A stretch of 64,000 nucleotides of DNA from a virus (IMGVR_UViG_3300031994_000004); one strand, 5' to 3'. Positions 20,344 through 32,643 are shown, numbered from the stretch's first letter. Program-made: numbers and translations. Notes: a model not told the origin generated them from the letters alone.

Positions 20344-22717
20344 TGGCTGTATATTTGACACTAAATGAAATAAACGATATAGCGAAACGCTTTAATGGCA
20401 ATTTCATTCAGGGTTGTTGGCATTGTCGCTTTTATATTTTGAATAATAGAAATGAACCTATAACCATAGTGAAATTTAAAAAGCAAGAAAAAGATAAGTA
20501 TAAAATTTGGTTGTTTAATGATGTATTTAATCATTGGAGAACTCCTAATTCTTGGACTGCAATTTTTGAAACCTCAAATTACGGAAAACCAAAAACCAAG
20601 GAAGAATTTTATAACCGATTAGATATGTTATCTAAAAATTTGGTTGAAATTAAAAAGACAGTAAAAGAATGGGCAATTAAACAGAAAGAAATGAAACTTA
20701 ATGAGGATTTCAATGATTAAAACTGCAAATACAGAACAAGAATTTAAAGACATTGTTATGTCAGATTTAAAGTCGCATAACATTCTTACACAAAAGGCAA
20801 TTTTAAAATCTACACTCAATTATTGGTATGGTGATGCCCAATGTTCTAATTCCGGTAATACAGAAATAGTCAATTACAAAGCTTCTATTACCTTTATGGT
20901 TTTTGAAGACGAAACAACTATTAACAAAATAAAAGGAATTGCGAAATACAGACCACTCCATACACAGTTCAAAGCAATTAAAGCATTTTGGTGTGATGAT
21001 AATACGATTGTTTATGGTTATGATTCTTGGTATCATACTTACGAGGAACACAATCCAAGTCCTTACAATGGTTTTCCAAAAGTATGGGGCTGGAGTGATG
21101 ACGATGTTAAAGCAATGCCTGATGTGTGGGCTGACTCTCATCCATCAAGTAAACTTGCTCATTATAAACCTTGGCCTTGTTGTTATTATGGACCGAACTA
21201 TTCAATTACTGGTGACCAGTGGGCTAAAGTTGAATTACACGGCTTAAAATTCTATAAGGACATTGACAATTTGAATAAAATCTATCAGTTTGAAAAGGAC
21301 GAAATTATTAGACTTATTCCTGTTGCGGAAAAGATGAATAAACAGTATGCTCAATTTCTTACAACTGTAGATTGGCATAAAAAGAGTGATAGAAAAATTA
21401 TTCGTCAATACAAACTCAAACTTAATCAACAGAATGTAAATCTTAACAAAGTAAAAATGGATTTCTAAAGGAGATACAATGACAAAGAAATTTTATGTTG
21501 TTAGTTATGAAGAAAACGGTGTAACAAAATACTACACTGATAAGAAAGATACTGATTTATTTGCTTATGAAACTTCCGACATTTTTGAAGCTAAACGATA
21601 TGTGACTTATCGTAAAGCAGAAAACTATGTAAACAATAAGAAGAAAGAAGTCAACACGTGGATGAGAAAAACCATTAAGAATTTTAAGATTCACGAAGTT
21701 GAAGTAACATACAATGTAATTAACACAAATGAAGTATGATAACTGAAGAAGATGTAAAAGATGTAGTCAGTCGTTATCCAAATTTGGAACTGTCAATTAA
21801 CACTAACACACTTTTTAATAACCATACAAAAAGATTGTTAGTTTATGTAAATTCCAAAGCATTCCACTATGGAAGTAATCTTCTTGTTGAATATGATTAC
21901 AATGGAAAACCTAAAGATGGGATTTTGCAGGTAAACAATGGGAACCAGCACATTTATAGTGATTGGGCTTATATCACTGAAGATTCTATTTATCTGGTTG
22001 AAAATGAAAAAATGAGAAAGAAGGTCCGAACTAAAGAACAATTTGAGAAACTGATTGTTGATTCTTTAAGAATGATTAAAGAAGCCGAAGTTGACCTGCA
22101 CCTCCGTAAGATTAGTAAGGATTTCTATGACTAGAAAACAAGTAAAAAATCTTTGTGCCGAATTTGGTATGGAAATGGTTGCTTTTCCTAGGCGTATATA
22201 TTATTGTGATTATCTTGTTGGTAGTTTCTATCCCGATAAAGGAAACTGTTCATATAAAATGAGTTTTATTGGTTCTTGTGTGAAAACAGATAATTATGAA
22301 ACAGCTCGGGAAGAAGTAATTAAAAAGATAAAAGACATTAAAGAATTTATAAATCAACAAATGTTAGAAAAGATTAAAGAGGATTTCTAAATGACATTTA
22401 CAGAATATAAACAATTATGCCTAAAATATAATTTGCAGGTATTGAGTTACGAAGGACGAGATTTTGGAATTTGTGGTGTTCCGTTTGTGGGTTGGGGTAA
22501 TCATATTAGAGTTATTCCAGAACGAGTTTGGAAGGACGAATTGTTATCTGACAACGGAAAGCATATCATTTATACAGGAGAATTCCAATATACTCCTGAT
22601 TTAATAAGTAAGAAAGACCAAAAAGCACTTGAAAATTATTTGATAAAATTAAATGCTTGGTTAAAACAAATTAAAGCCGAACAGAAAATCAGATTTATAA
22701 ATGAGGATTTCACATAA
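20343..22717 (+). CDS. DF-tail array 1: 20343-20720, 20713-21468, 21736-22134, 22127-22390, 22391-22717 (plus non-member 21479-21739)
   Basis: C-termini KLNEDFND, KVKMDF, KISKDFYD, KIKEDF, FINEDFT. Confidence 0.8.
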
Positions 22718-22745
22718 AAAAGCGGGATTTTATTTCCCGCTTTCT
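22716..22745. terminator. Bidirectional intrinsic terminator
   Basis: AAAGCGGGA-ttttatt-TCCCGCTTT between convergent genes. Confidence 0.8.
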
Positions 22746-23041
22746 TCTTTAAATTTTGCTATGACATTTTCGTCAGTTGCCGCAACTTCTGCTGGACAAC
22801 CCTGTTCTTTGTATTTTGCTAGAAAATCAAACATATAATTTAGCATTATACCAGTTACAGATTCAACAGAAAGTTTTTTATTATTTTTTGCGAATGTTTT
22901 AGCCACAGTTTTGATGTATTCTTCAGTACTCAATTTCTTTCTTTTTGCGGTCATTTGTCGCTGCGGATTTTTGTAAAAATTGTAATCTTCCAAAATAAAT
23001 CCGTTTTTGTTTAAAATTTCTTTAGCTTCTTTGATTTCCAT
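22730..23041 (-). CDS. Late small protein with conserved N-terminal leader
   Basis: MEIKEAKEILNKNGFILE; SD AAAGGAG; late promoter upstream. Confidence 0.7.
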   Translation of the reverse strand: MEIKEAKEILNKNGFILEDYNFYKNPQRQMTAKRKKLSTEEYIKTVAKTFAKNNKKLSVESVTGIMLNYMFDFLAKYKEQGCPAEVAATDENVIAKFKEESGK

Positions 23042-23060
23042 TGTAAAATCTCCTTTAATG

Positions 23061-23068
23061 TATTTATA
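23061..23068 (-). promoter_or_regulatory. T4-type late promoter TATAAATA
   Basis: Exact consensus on the minus strand, 19 nt before the ATG at 23041. Confidence 0.75.
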
Positions 23069-23086
23069 ATTTTCTATACTTTGACA

Positions 23087-23180
23087 GTACTGTGCGTTTC
23101 CTGCCATTCTCTCGGTAAAATGATATAGCCCTAGCATCGGTATCAAATCTGGGCTCCTTGCTACGTTTCCTGGGCAGTAT
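23087..23180. other. GC-elevated structured intergenic element (candidate ncRNA)
   Basis: Terminal pairing GTACTG/CAGTAT; inner stem AGCCC/GGGCT; duplicated CGTTTCCTG and TCGGTA. Confidence 0.3.
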
Positions 23181-23182
23181 TA

Positions 23183-23248
23183 TGTAAATAATTATTTACA
23201 TTAAAATGACAAATTCTTATTGACAATAGAACTGTAATTTACTATATT
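23183..23248 (+). promoter_or_regulatory. Early promoter with perfect palindromic box
   Basis: TGTAAATAATTATTTACA 23183-23200; TTGACA 23220; TATATT 23243. Confidence 0.85.
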
Positions 23249-23276
23249 ATAATAAAACAATAAGAGAGGTAACAAT

Positions 23277-26200
23277 ATGGCAAATGTAAAAATTCAGGTC
23301 CCAATGTTTAAGGGAATTAACATTTTTGACCAGGAAGTAGTTGGTCAGTTACTCGTTGTGGGTGATACTGCTTGTATCATTCCGTTAAATGGCGAACACG
23401 GCGATTGGAACAAGAACTTTATGACCTTTGATGGTCATCATTTGATTCAGGGAATGTATGACGAAGCTCTTTGGATTCGGGACCCGTCCACCATTCAACC
23501 CGCTGGTCATGTAGAAGTGGAGGTATGCTAATATGGATATAATTTCTCCTGAAATTTTTAATTCCTTGTGTAAAATCTGTAAGGAACATGGCTGGTATAT
23601 GCCCGAAGAAAATTTCCGAACTGTTTATAAAAACATTGAAGAAAGCAGAACTGGTGGTGTTGATTTTGCGAATAAAATTGTATGCGAATGCCATGCGAAT
23701 TACAGGTTTTTTAACCCGGATGGTTCAGACCAAGTACGAATGACTACTACTTGTGAAAACTATTTTACAACCATCCGTCTTACTAAACTTTTTATCGCAT
23801 TTCCTGTGATTATGCACACCATTGACTTTGGCGAATTATATCATTTTCAAACTGACGATTTTTATTTGGATTTTAAAGACATTAAATCCGAGCATGACAT
23901 TGAAGATGTGTTAATGCAGGTGGAAGAACACATCAAAGAAGTAAATGATTGTATCGGCACCAAAGGAAAAATGAATAAGAAACTCAGGAATTTGCAAGGA
24001 GATTTCTAATGGAACTCAAGAAATTTAATGATACGATTGAACATCTGCGTCAGTTCTTTGATGCTTGTGTTTTTGAACTTCGCACAAAGAATATGGAAAC
24101 AGAAACCATCTTGACAGTTAAGGACGAAAAGTCCAATGCTGATTTAGTTGAAATTCATTTTACAAATGACATAAACATTAACTCCCATAATGGTTATGAT
24201 TCTTTGGGCTTGTTCGTTTCTTATGACTGGTCTAGTTATGACGAAAACGATTTGAGCCAGGCCGAACTTTCTGCGGTGAAGGCAATTATCAAAATGTTCA
24301 GGAATAAGTAAATGCGACGTGAAGAAAAAATTGAACTTATCCTAAAAATTCTTGGGAATAATGGATGGAAAATTTCGCAGGAAGATAGGGACAAACTTTA
24401 CAACCGTAAAGGAAAGATTTACTCACAACTGAACGGACATTATGACCTTGGTAAGAAAAATCTTTGTAAAGAAAAAGATTATATCGGGTTTGAAGGTGAT
24501 GATTCAGTTATTGACCTTGTAGGTGACGAATGGCAAGTTGTAGCAACTCTATATGCCAGCGGAAGTGGTTATCTTATTATTCCAATTCTTTATCACATTT
24601 TAACAGAACCAAACAAAATAAATTTTGGTTGTACTGATTATTATGTGGATTTGATGTACTACAATACTGAAGAAGAAATTGCTGATGTTATTGCTCAGTG
24701 TGAAGAAAAGATTAACCAGGTAAAATTCAAGATCAAAGAATACGAAGCAAAAATTAGAGAACAGAAAATACAAAAGGATTTTTAATGCTAAAGAATGAAA
24801 AAGTAAAACTTCTGTTAAAATATGCTGAACAATATGGTTTTAATGTTTCTAAATCTCATATTCTTACAAAGAATGGGAATGTTCAGCGAGATGCTACCTG
24901 GAGAGATTATATAATAGGAATTACGGAAGTTAAAAAAGCAGACGGAATTTATGAACGAGGCACGCACGATGTATTTGATGTAACTGCTATGGGTGATTTG
25001 TTTTTTACGATTACGGCTGGTTCATTGATTCATTTTCCTGTACCACTTCTTATTCAAAATTTTGATAAACCAAAATACTATGTTTATCGTGAAGTTGCGG
25101 ACTGGAATGATTTTAAAACTGAAGCCGACATTGAAAAATATGTTAAACTTTCAGCTGATGCGATTGAAGCCCTTAAACTAAATGCTAAACAGTATGATTT
25201 GAAAAAAAGAGAACAGAAGATGGAGAAGGATTTTTAATGCGAGAATGGATGCCAAAAAAAGAATACAATTTATATCAGAAGAAGATTAGTGAACTCTGTT
25301 TGCAGATGGGTTTGAAAGAAATACGAACTAAAGATGCCGTTGAGTATCGGACTGAACTAGAAACCAATTTTGTATTCGGCGAAGTAATTAGAATGTTTGA
25401 CTATGACGAACACTATTACAGCGCAGTTGTCTTTTTCAATAAGTTGGTGCCTTCAACTACTGTGTTTGGTTCAGATGATTACAATTACCTTTTTGAAAAT
25501 TACTACAAAGAACTTCCGTTTGAAACTGATGACAACACAATTTCATTTAGTGAGCCACTTGAAAAGGTTTTAGACAAAGTAAAATACATTGTTAGTAATG
25601 CTATTAAGCAGCGTAAAGAGTTGGATGTTAAAGTAAAATTGGAAAAAATGAAGGTAGATTTTAAATGAATTATTTGGATAACGATTTTGTGAATGATATA
25701 GTTAAGCGAGTTTATGGCTGGCATGATTGTTATGATAAAGCGGAAGGAACAGAACGAAAAGGATTGTTTGCCGCAGTTAGTACTTTTATGCCATATTGCC
25801 GAAATACAGGCATTTATACTGAAAAAGATTTATCACGATTGTGTGGGGAAAATGAAATTTTATTGTTATATCCTGGATTTTCTTGGACTGAAGAAACTAT
25901 CCGACAGCACACAGTAAAATTCCTTAAAGAAGTACAAATTAAGGCCAAAGAAAATTTTTTGAAAGAGGACTTCAATGATTAGTAAAAATTTATTTCACGA
26001 AATTTGTAGGCGAAATGGATTGGTTCAATGCGGACCAATGAATGAATACAAGTTTCCTGCTTGGAATAATAAATTTGGTGGTAGGATTGTTGCGACCTGG
26101 TTTAAAACAGAACGGGTTACAGTTTATGTACTTAACCAGCATGAACGAAATGGAATAAAGCAGTGGGTTCAGGACCCGTATTACCAAATTGAAGACCCTG

Positions 26201-27387
26201 AAGAATGTGAAACACGAATAAAAGATACTTATATAACGGCAAAGAAACTCTGTCAGGAATTTAAAATGAAATCTATCAGTAGGGATTTTGACTAATGCTG
26301 AATGAATACTATTATATGACTGAGAATGTTGTTATGGGATATGGTAAGAACTGTATCATTTTATTGCACGGTTGTAATGGTAATGATGACACAATTTGTC
26401 ATTGTTCACAAATTAGAAAATACAATGCTTATCCGAATATGACAATGTATAATTTGTTCAAAGACCAGATGGATTTGAATGGTGGACTTTATTCAAAATC
26501 CAGGAGAAACGAACCTTTTTATCTGGTTGGCGGTATTATAGATTTGGATAAGTTTAGTATTGTTCCAATTAACGATGGTGCGAAATTAGAACCTGATACT
26601 CATTATGTTGTAACAACTGGGAATGACAAATTTAAAGTAGTTTTGTCAAATGAAGATGGCACACTCAGTTGTACTGGTGTTAAAGCATATCTTCCAATTT
26701 TGACTAGAGATATAGCAAGTAAGATTTTTGCTAAATTCAGTAAAATGGAACGCAAACTAGAAAAAATGAAAAAGGATTTTGAATGATAATAGGCGATTTT
26801 GTAACACTAGAAGGTTTCCAGGAAGAAATGCTGAATTGGCTGGAAGATGTTAAGGAAAGATGTGTTCCAAATGGTAGCTGGTGGGATAGACAGAAAAATA
26901 AACCTGAAATTGCTGGGTTCTACTTTAAAATGTTTTATGACCCTGGAGTTCACGATTGGTTGCTTTCCGATGCTGGAGTTTATTCTGCAAACCAGCGTTA
27001 TTGTTCTCGTAAGAAAACAAACCATACATTCCTAATTAAAGGAATAGATTGGACTGAAGAAACAATGAAACAAGAAATGGCTCGTCAGTATAAAGAATTC
27101 CAAGTTAAATCAAAATTAGTTAAATTGGAAGGAGACTTTGAATAATGTTTAAGATTATTGTTTACGCAGATGGAATGGAATGTACCAGATTTGAAGGTGA
27201 TAACTTGTATGACCTTGTTCTTAAATTGAACATTTACAAAGAAAAGCACTGTGCATTTACACACGCATTTATGTTGTTCCAAAATGATAAACAACCTACT
27301 GATGAAGTATGGAGAGAATACCACGATATGTTGTACAAACTAATTCCACTTGCTAGAAAGATGGTTGCGATGGGAGAAGATTTTTAA
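23277..27387 (+). CDS. DF-tail array 2: 23533-24009, 24312-24785, 24785-25237, 25237-25668, 25665-25982, 25975-26295, 26295-26786, 26783-27145, 27145-27387 (plus non-members 23277-23531, 24009-24311)
   Basis: C-termini NLQGDF, KIQKDF, KMEKDF, KMKVDFK, FLKEDFND, SISRDFD, KMKKDFE, KLEGDFE, AMGEDF. Confidence 0.8.
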
Positions 27388-28036
27388 TGATAACTGTAGA
27401 ACAATTTTACACGATTGCCAAACGCTGTGGATATGAAGTATACACAGATGACAATACGTTCTATCATGTGTATTACAGAAATGACATAAAAATGGGTAAG
27501 TTAATGGCTCGTTATTTTGATGCTTCGTATTCACAAAAAGAAGCTAATTTGTATGAGCCAGTTTCTTATACTTATTTCACGCCAGATACTTCTAAATCAA
27601 AAGAGTATAGTGACCCAAAGAAATTTGAAAAAGATTTACTGAAAAATACATTCACTATGAAAAAATACTTTTTCAAGTATTACGAAAGACTAAACACCAG
27701 AACAATATGATTACAGTAGAACAATTTTGCAAAGTTTGTACTAGACTCGGATTCAAAGTTTTTAAAGATTATCCGTATAAAGATTTCTACAAAATCTTTT
27801 ACGAAGATTATAAAGAAGACATTAGTTTTTCCTTGGCTCGTTTGATTGTGTTTTGTCATGGGAATGAAGTGACTTTGTTTATACCTGAGCATTATTCATT
27901 TTTAGCACCAAGTACTCACGCATCAGATAAAACTTATTCAGACATTAAGGAATTTGAAAAAGACTTAATGAAAAATTACTTTACATTGAGAAAGTACTGG
28001 TTTGATTACAATATGAAAGCACACTCAATTATTTAA
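27387..28036 (+). CDS. Tandem paralog pair (27387-27710, 27707-28036)
   Basis: Both start MITVEQF and share YSDxKxFEKDLxKNxFTxxKYxFxY. Confidence 0.8.
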
Positions 28037-28580
28037 AGTCTCTGTATGTTTTTCCATTATCCAAAGACATTAAGTATTTCTTGCGTGTTTTATTCATACT
28101 GTCAATAATGCCTTGGTCGGAAAAGACCTTTTCCCAGTCATTACCCAAATGAATCCACTCGGCTCTAGTACCTGGATTGTATTCATAGATAACTTGTCCA
28201 AAATCAACCTGACCAGCTTTATCTAACTCAATGATTTTAGCTGCTATATCCTTCAATTTCAAAGAACAGTTCTTTATATAAACATCTGCTGCTCCAATAC
28301 AAGGTTTACAAGATAACTGAAGTCCGCAGAAATGGTCGGAAGTTTTACTTGGGTTATATCCTTTCTTTATGAGTCTATCATAGTCAGATTGTGTACGAAC
28401 ACCACTAGAAATGCCGATACTGACATTTTTCTTAGGGTCAACTTTAAACTGTTGGAGATAATCACGAACTTTCTGTAAGTTATTGGCTAGTAATTGAACA
28501 AGCGCAGTTTGATAAGGTGTCAAATCAGTACTTGTAAATTCGGATAACTTGAAATTTTGTGTAAGCTTAAAATCGGTCAT
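28029..28580 (-). CDS. Peptidase M15-family endolysin
   Basis: LTQNFKLSEF, ISSGVR, SDH..G..AAD and WIHLG zinc-peptidase motifs; minus-strand ATAAATA near 28623-28629. Confidence 0.8.
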   Translation of the reverse strand: MTDFKLTQNFKLSEFTSTDLTPYQTALVQLLANNLQKVRDYLQQFKVDPKKNVSIGISSGVRTQSDYDRLIKKGYNPSKTSDHFCGLQLSCKPCIGAADVYIKNCSLKLKDIAAKIIELDKAGQVDFGQVIYEYNPGTRAEWIHLGNDWEKVFSDQGIIDSMNKTRKKYLMSLDNGKTYRDFK

Positions 28581-28633
28581 CTTTTTTCCTTATACATATT
28601 GAACAATTTAACATTTTTACTATATTTATCAAA

Positions 28634-29029
28634 ATGACAACAAGTGAACTTAAAGACTTTATTTTTAACACTTATCCTTCCTATTTTTCAATAGTAGGAA
28701 CGAATGATGAAAGGTTTGAAATAGTGTTTAACAAAGCACTATTTCCAAAGGACATCTATATAGCAAATGATACTATCTTAAATGTGTATGGAACAGAAGG
28801 GTCTGTATCTGTTTATGATTTGATTTCAATAGAAGGACTTGAAAATGATGGACTTGGACTTCCATACATTGAAACTTACAAGTCAAGAAATTTGGATTTG
28901 AAAACATTGAATGAATTTATACTGCGACTTGTAATGGACTTTGTAGTAAATCGTTTGCTTGGAATGCAAAAACAAATTAAAGACTTTATAGCAAATATGA
29001 AGTTAGAAAGTATTAAAGAGGATTTTTAA
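28634..29029 (+). CDS. DF-tail protein
   Basis: Ends KLESIKEDF. Confidence 0.75.
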   Translation: MTTSELKDFIFNTYPSYFSIVGTNDERFEIVFNKALFPKDIYIANDTILNVYGTEGSVSVYDLISIEGLENDGLGLPYIETYKSRNLDLKTLNEFILRLVMDFVVNRLLGMQKQIKDFIANMKLESIKEDF

Positions 29030-29932
29030 ATGAAATGTTTAGTTTTAAGTGATATACATCCTGATATGTGGTTTGGTTTTTGTGATAAATCTTACAAAGA
29101 ATCAAGCATAGACCCACCTGAAGAACTTGTTATGAAAACAATGGATTGGATGTGGGATTTTCAGAGCATTCCATCAACTCCTGCGATTTTGATTTCAGGA
29201 GATATAGCAAACGATTACTTGACATTCACAAGAGTAATCAAGTGGCTCTCACAGAAATACGAACAAGTTTATTTTACACTTGGAAATCACGATTTGATTG
29301 TCCGTGGTGCTACGATGTCTAAGTCCAATTTACAATTCCATACATCCGAACAAAAGATACAGAAAATGCAGGAATACTGTACTCAGTTTCCAAATGTTCA
29401 TTTGTTGGAAGGAAACATTGTAAATGGGATTGGTGGCACAATGATGACTACTGATTTGAAGTGTGAAGCAAAACCTGGACTAGATTATGATTTCAAATGG
29501 AAGATTGACTGGTTTGACGGTAGACATTGGAAGGTCAAAAAGAAAGCATCCGAAATTTGGACTGATTATGAAGCTAAAATGAACAACATAATCGCACAAA
29601 ATCCAAAGGTTATTGCTTGTCATTTCGCACCGATTGAAGTAGGAATAAGTTTTGAGTTTAGAAACTATCCAACAAATACATTCTTTTATTTTAATGGTAG
29701 TCCATTCTTTAATAAGATAACACAGGACACAATTTGGACCTGCGGACATATTCATAATAGAAAGATTTGTGAGTTTGAAAACGATGCTGGAAAGAAGATA
29801 AAAATTTTGTGTAACCCTTATGGTTATCCTGGTGAAGGAGACCCATACACAGATGTTAGTGTAGTAAAGGACGGAAAATGGGAAAGGGAACAAATCAAAA
29901 CTTCCCATAGCGACTTTATCATTGACATTTAA
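29030..29932 (+). CDS. Calcineurin-like metallophosphoesterase
   Basis: SDIH, GD, GNHD, HF.P, GHIH, NPYGY. Confidence 0.9.
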   Translation: MKCLVLSDIHPDMWFGFCDKSYKESSIDPPEELVMKTMDWMWDFQSIPSTPAILISGDIANDYLTFTRVIKWLSQKYEQVYFTLGNHDLIVRGATMSKSNLQFHTSEQKIQKMQEYCTQFPNVHLLEGNIVNGIGGTMMTTDLKCEAKPGLDYDFKWKIDWFDGRHWKVKKKASEIWTDYEAKMNNIIAQNPKVIACHFAPIEVGISFEFRNYPTNTFFYFNGSPFFNKITQDTIWTCGHIHNRKICEFENDAGKKIKILCNPYGYPGEGDPYTDVSVVKDGKWEREQIKTSHSDFIIDI

Positions 29933-30001
29933 GTTCACAAAAATACATTTTATTTTCTAAATAATAAAATTTATTCTAAATTTACAATAAAGGAGAAAAA
30001 T

Positions 30002-30535
30002 ATGATTGAAATAATGGCAGGAGCAATAGAGTTAGGACTATTCATTTATATGTTCTTTCTCGTTTGCCGAAACAACACACGAATTCAAGCACTACAAAAA
30101 GACTGTGTAGAACTTGAAAAGAAAATCACAAAACTAACAAAAGACACAAAGAAGAATCACGAAGAACTTATGAACTCATTTGACGATAAGTCCATCACGA
30201 TTGCTGAAGGTGTAACTGACATCATTGAAACATTGGAAGATTTTGAAGTTCCATACAATGATGTTGGTAAAGTAATTGACGAAAAGAATTTGCCAAATTA
30301 CAAGATTACTTTCAACAATGATAATGAGATTCTGCTTTCTTATGATTTCCAAACTGTAACTTTGACTACTCCAACAGAAAGCACAAAGTTCAACGATTGG
30401 ACTACATTTAAGAATGAACTAATAAATGTATTGAGTATTATCAAATGCCCAGAACCAGAAGAAACTGATGGACAGAAGGACGAACCAACAGATGTTCCTG
30501 AAGAAGAACCTGGTGAAGACACAACTGAGACCTAA
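30002..30535 (+). CDS. Membrane-anchored coiled-coil protein with acidic tail
   Basis: N-terminal TM, heptad-like region, E/D/P/T-rich C-terminus; SD AAGGAG. Confidence 0.65.
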   Translation: MIEIMAGAIELGLFIYMFFLVCRNNTRIQALQKDCVELEKKITKLTKDTKKNHEELMNSFDDKSITIAEGVTDIIETLEDFEVPYNDVGKVIDEKNLPNYKITFNNDNEILLSYDFQTVTLTTPTESTKFNDWTTFKNELINVLSIIKCPEPEETDGQKDEPTDVPEEEPGEDTTET

Positions 30536-30559
30536 GTACAAATAAAATAATAAAAAATG

Positions 30560-30589
30560 AGAACTGGGACATCACTCCCAGTTCTTTTT
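30560..30589 (+). terminator. Intrinsic terminator abutting a -10 element
   Basis: AGAACTGGGA-catcac-TCCCAGTTCT then a T-run, followed by TATATT at 30591. Confidence 0.75.
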
Positions 30590-30620
30590 CTATATTATAC
30601 ATAAAAGAATAGGTGAATTT

Positions 30621-31148
30621 ATGAAAAATACATTATTAGTTAATTTGTATGCAGGTCCTGGTGCTGGTAAATCTACTGGTGCCGCTTATATTTTCGCAAA
30701 ATTAAAAATGGCAGGTGTTGATTGTGAGTATGTTTCCGAATATGCCAAAGATAGAGTTTGGCAAGAAGACCAATTCCCATTACAACACTGTCAACTGTAT
30801 GTTACTGGTAAACAATGTTTGAAGATTACCCGTTTGCTTGGCAAGGTAGACGTTGTAGTGACAGATTCTCCGATTGCTATAGGTGCGATGTACACAACCG
30901 AAAAACCATACCAGGACGTGTGTATCTACGAAGCAAAGAAATACAAAAATACTTATAATTTGTTTGTAAATAGATTTAAACCTTATAACCCAAATGGCAG
31001 AAATCAAACCGAAGAAGAAGCCAAAGAAATAGACAGAAAAATTAAGGCATTTTTAACTGATAATAACTTGGAATTTAAAGAAATTAACGGAACTGAAGAA
31101 GGTTATAATGCCATAGTCAAAGATATAATAGAAAAATTAGGTAAATAA
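30621..31148 (+). CDS. P-loop kinase/ATPase (NadR/Ttd14 AAA_28-like)
   Basis: GPGAGKST Walker A, EYVSEYAK, TDSP, GRNQ. Confidence 0.8.
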   Translation: MKNTLLVNLYAGPGAGKSTGAAYIFAKLKMAGVDCEYVSEYAKDRVWQEDQFPLQHCQLYVTGKQCLKITRLLGKVDVVVTDSPIAIGAMYTTEKPYQDVCIYEAKKYKNTYNLFVNRFKPYNPNGRNQTEEEAKEIDRKIKAFLTDNNLEFKEINGTEEGYNAIVKDIIEKLGK

Positions 31149-32639
31149 TGGCAGATATAAGCATTAAAAAATTAAACGAAAGTTTCATTGAAATTTCCGC
31201 TCCTGAAGACATTACATACAACATTTATGCTCGTTATTCCGAGTATGTGTCTGGTTATCAATTCCAGCCACGCTTCAAAATGAGGGTTTGGGATGGAAAG
31301 CACCATTCATTCAATATGCGTTCAGGTGTACTACCCATTGGTCTTGCGAAAGACTTGATTTTGTGGGCAACAAATCAAGGAACAACATTTGAACTTGAAC
31401 GGATTTAGAGATGCCGAATTTCTTGAACAGTTAGATGAAAAAGAATATACCGAAATGATAAAGGACAATATGAAAAATGCTCCTTTTGAAATTCGTGATT
31501 ATCAAGATAAAGCAGTTCGTGCTGCATTGAAATACCATAAGGGCATTTTGCTTTCTTGTACCTCTAGTGGTAAGTCTTTAATGATTTACAACGCAGTTCG
31601 TTGTATTAGAAAGAAAGATTACAACCATATCCTTTTGATTGTCCCTAACATTATGCTTGTAGACCAGATGTACGATGACTTTAAGGACTATGGTTATGAT
31701 AACATAGATGACGAAGTAGAAAGATTGGGTGGCGGCCACGAAGCTACATTTGACAAACCAGTTTTGATTTCTACTTGGCAGAGTTTACAGAATAAAGATG
31801 CTGAGTTCTTTGAGAAATATAGTGCTGTGTTCGTAGATGAAGTTCACGGTGTAAAAGCAAATGTTATGACTAAACTAATGAAATGGTGTACAAATGCTTA
31901 TTACAAGATTGGTACAACTGGTACACTTCCTAATGATAAATGCGATTTGTTACAAATTAGAGAAGTCGTTGGTGATGTCATATTTGAATTGAAGTCAAAA
32001 GAACTCATTGATGCTGGCGTATTGACAAAGATTAAGATTGCGAACATTATCGCAAAATACCCCGCAGAATTTATCAAGAAGAATAAGGGTAGAAGTTATC
32101 CTGAAGAAGTGAAAATGGTAGAAGAATACCAGGATAGAAATAAGGTATTGGAACTTATTCTTTCCCACACAGACCCAAAACATAACATTCTAATTCTTAT
32201 GAACCACTTGAAACACGTCAAACTAATTCAAGAATGGTTAGAAGAAAAGTATCCTGACAAGAAGGTTTCTGTAATCACCGGTGCTGTAAGTGGTTCGGAA
32301 CGTAGCCAAATTCGTACAGGTATTGAAAATGAAGATGGAACTATATTATTGGCTACTTATGCTACTATGAGTACAGGTGTTAATATGCCAAAGCTCCACG
32401 ATGTTATTTTGTATGCTAATAGTAAGTCCAAAATCAAGGTTCTTCAGTCTATTGGCCGTGGATTGCGTAAGCACAAGACAAAGAACCAGATTATTTTGTA
32501 TGATGTGATTGATGATTTGACCTATCAGACATCTAGAGGTAGATTGGTAGAGAATTATTTGATTAAGCACTGGAAAGAACGAATGAACTATTATAAGGAG
32601 CAAGAATTCCCGGTAATCAATACCTCAATTAACATATAG
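31148..32639 (+). CDS. uvsW: UvsW-like SF2 DNA helicase, interrupted by a +1 frame change near 31390-31408
   Basis: 31148-31408 matches the UvsW N-domain (GYQFQPRF..WDGK..LPIGL); 31389-32639 has RDYQ, TSSGKS, DEVH, TGT, STGVN and QSIGRGLR; fused length about 496 aa. Confidence 0.85.
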
Positions 32640-32643
32640 TGGC

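Noticed and set aside
23087-23180. tRNA or known small ribozyme call
   Set aside because: No T-loop/cloverleaf or hammerhead/pistol core could be matched; kept only as an unclassified structured element.
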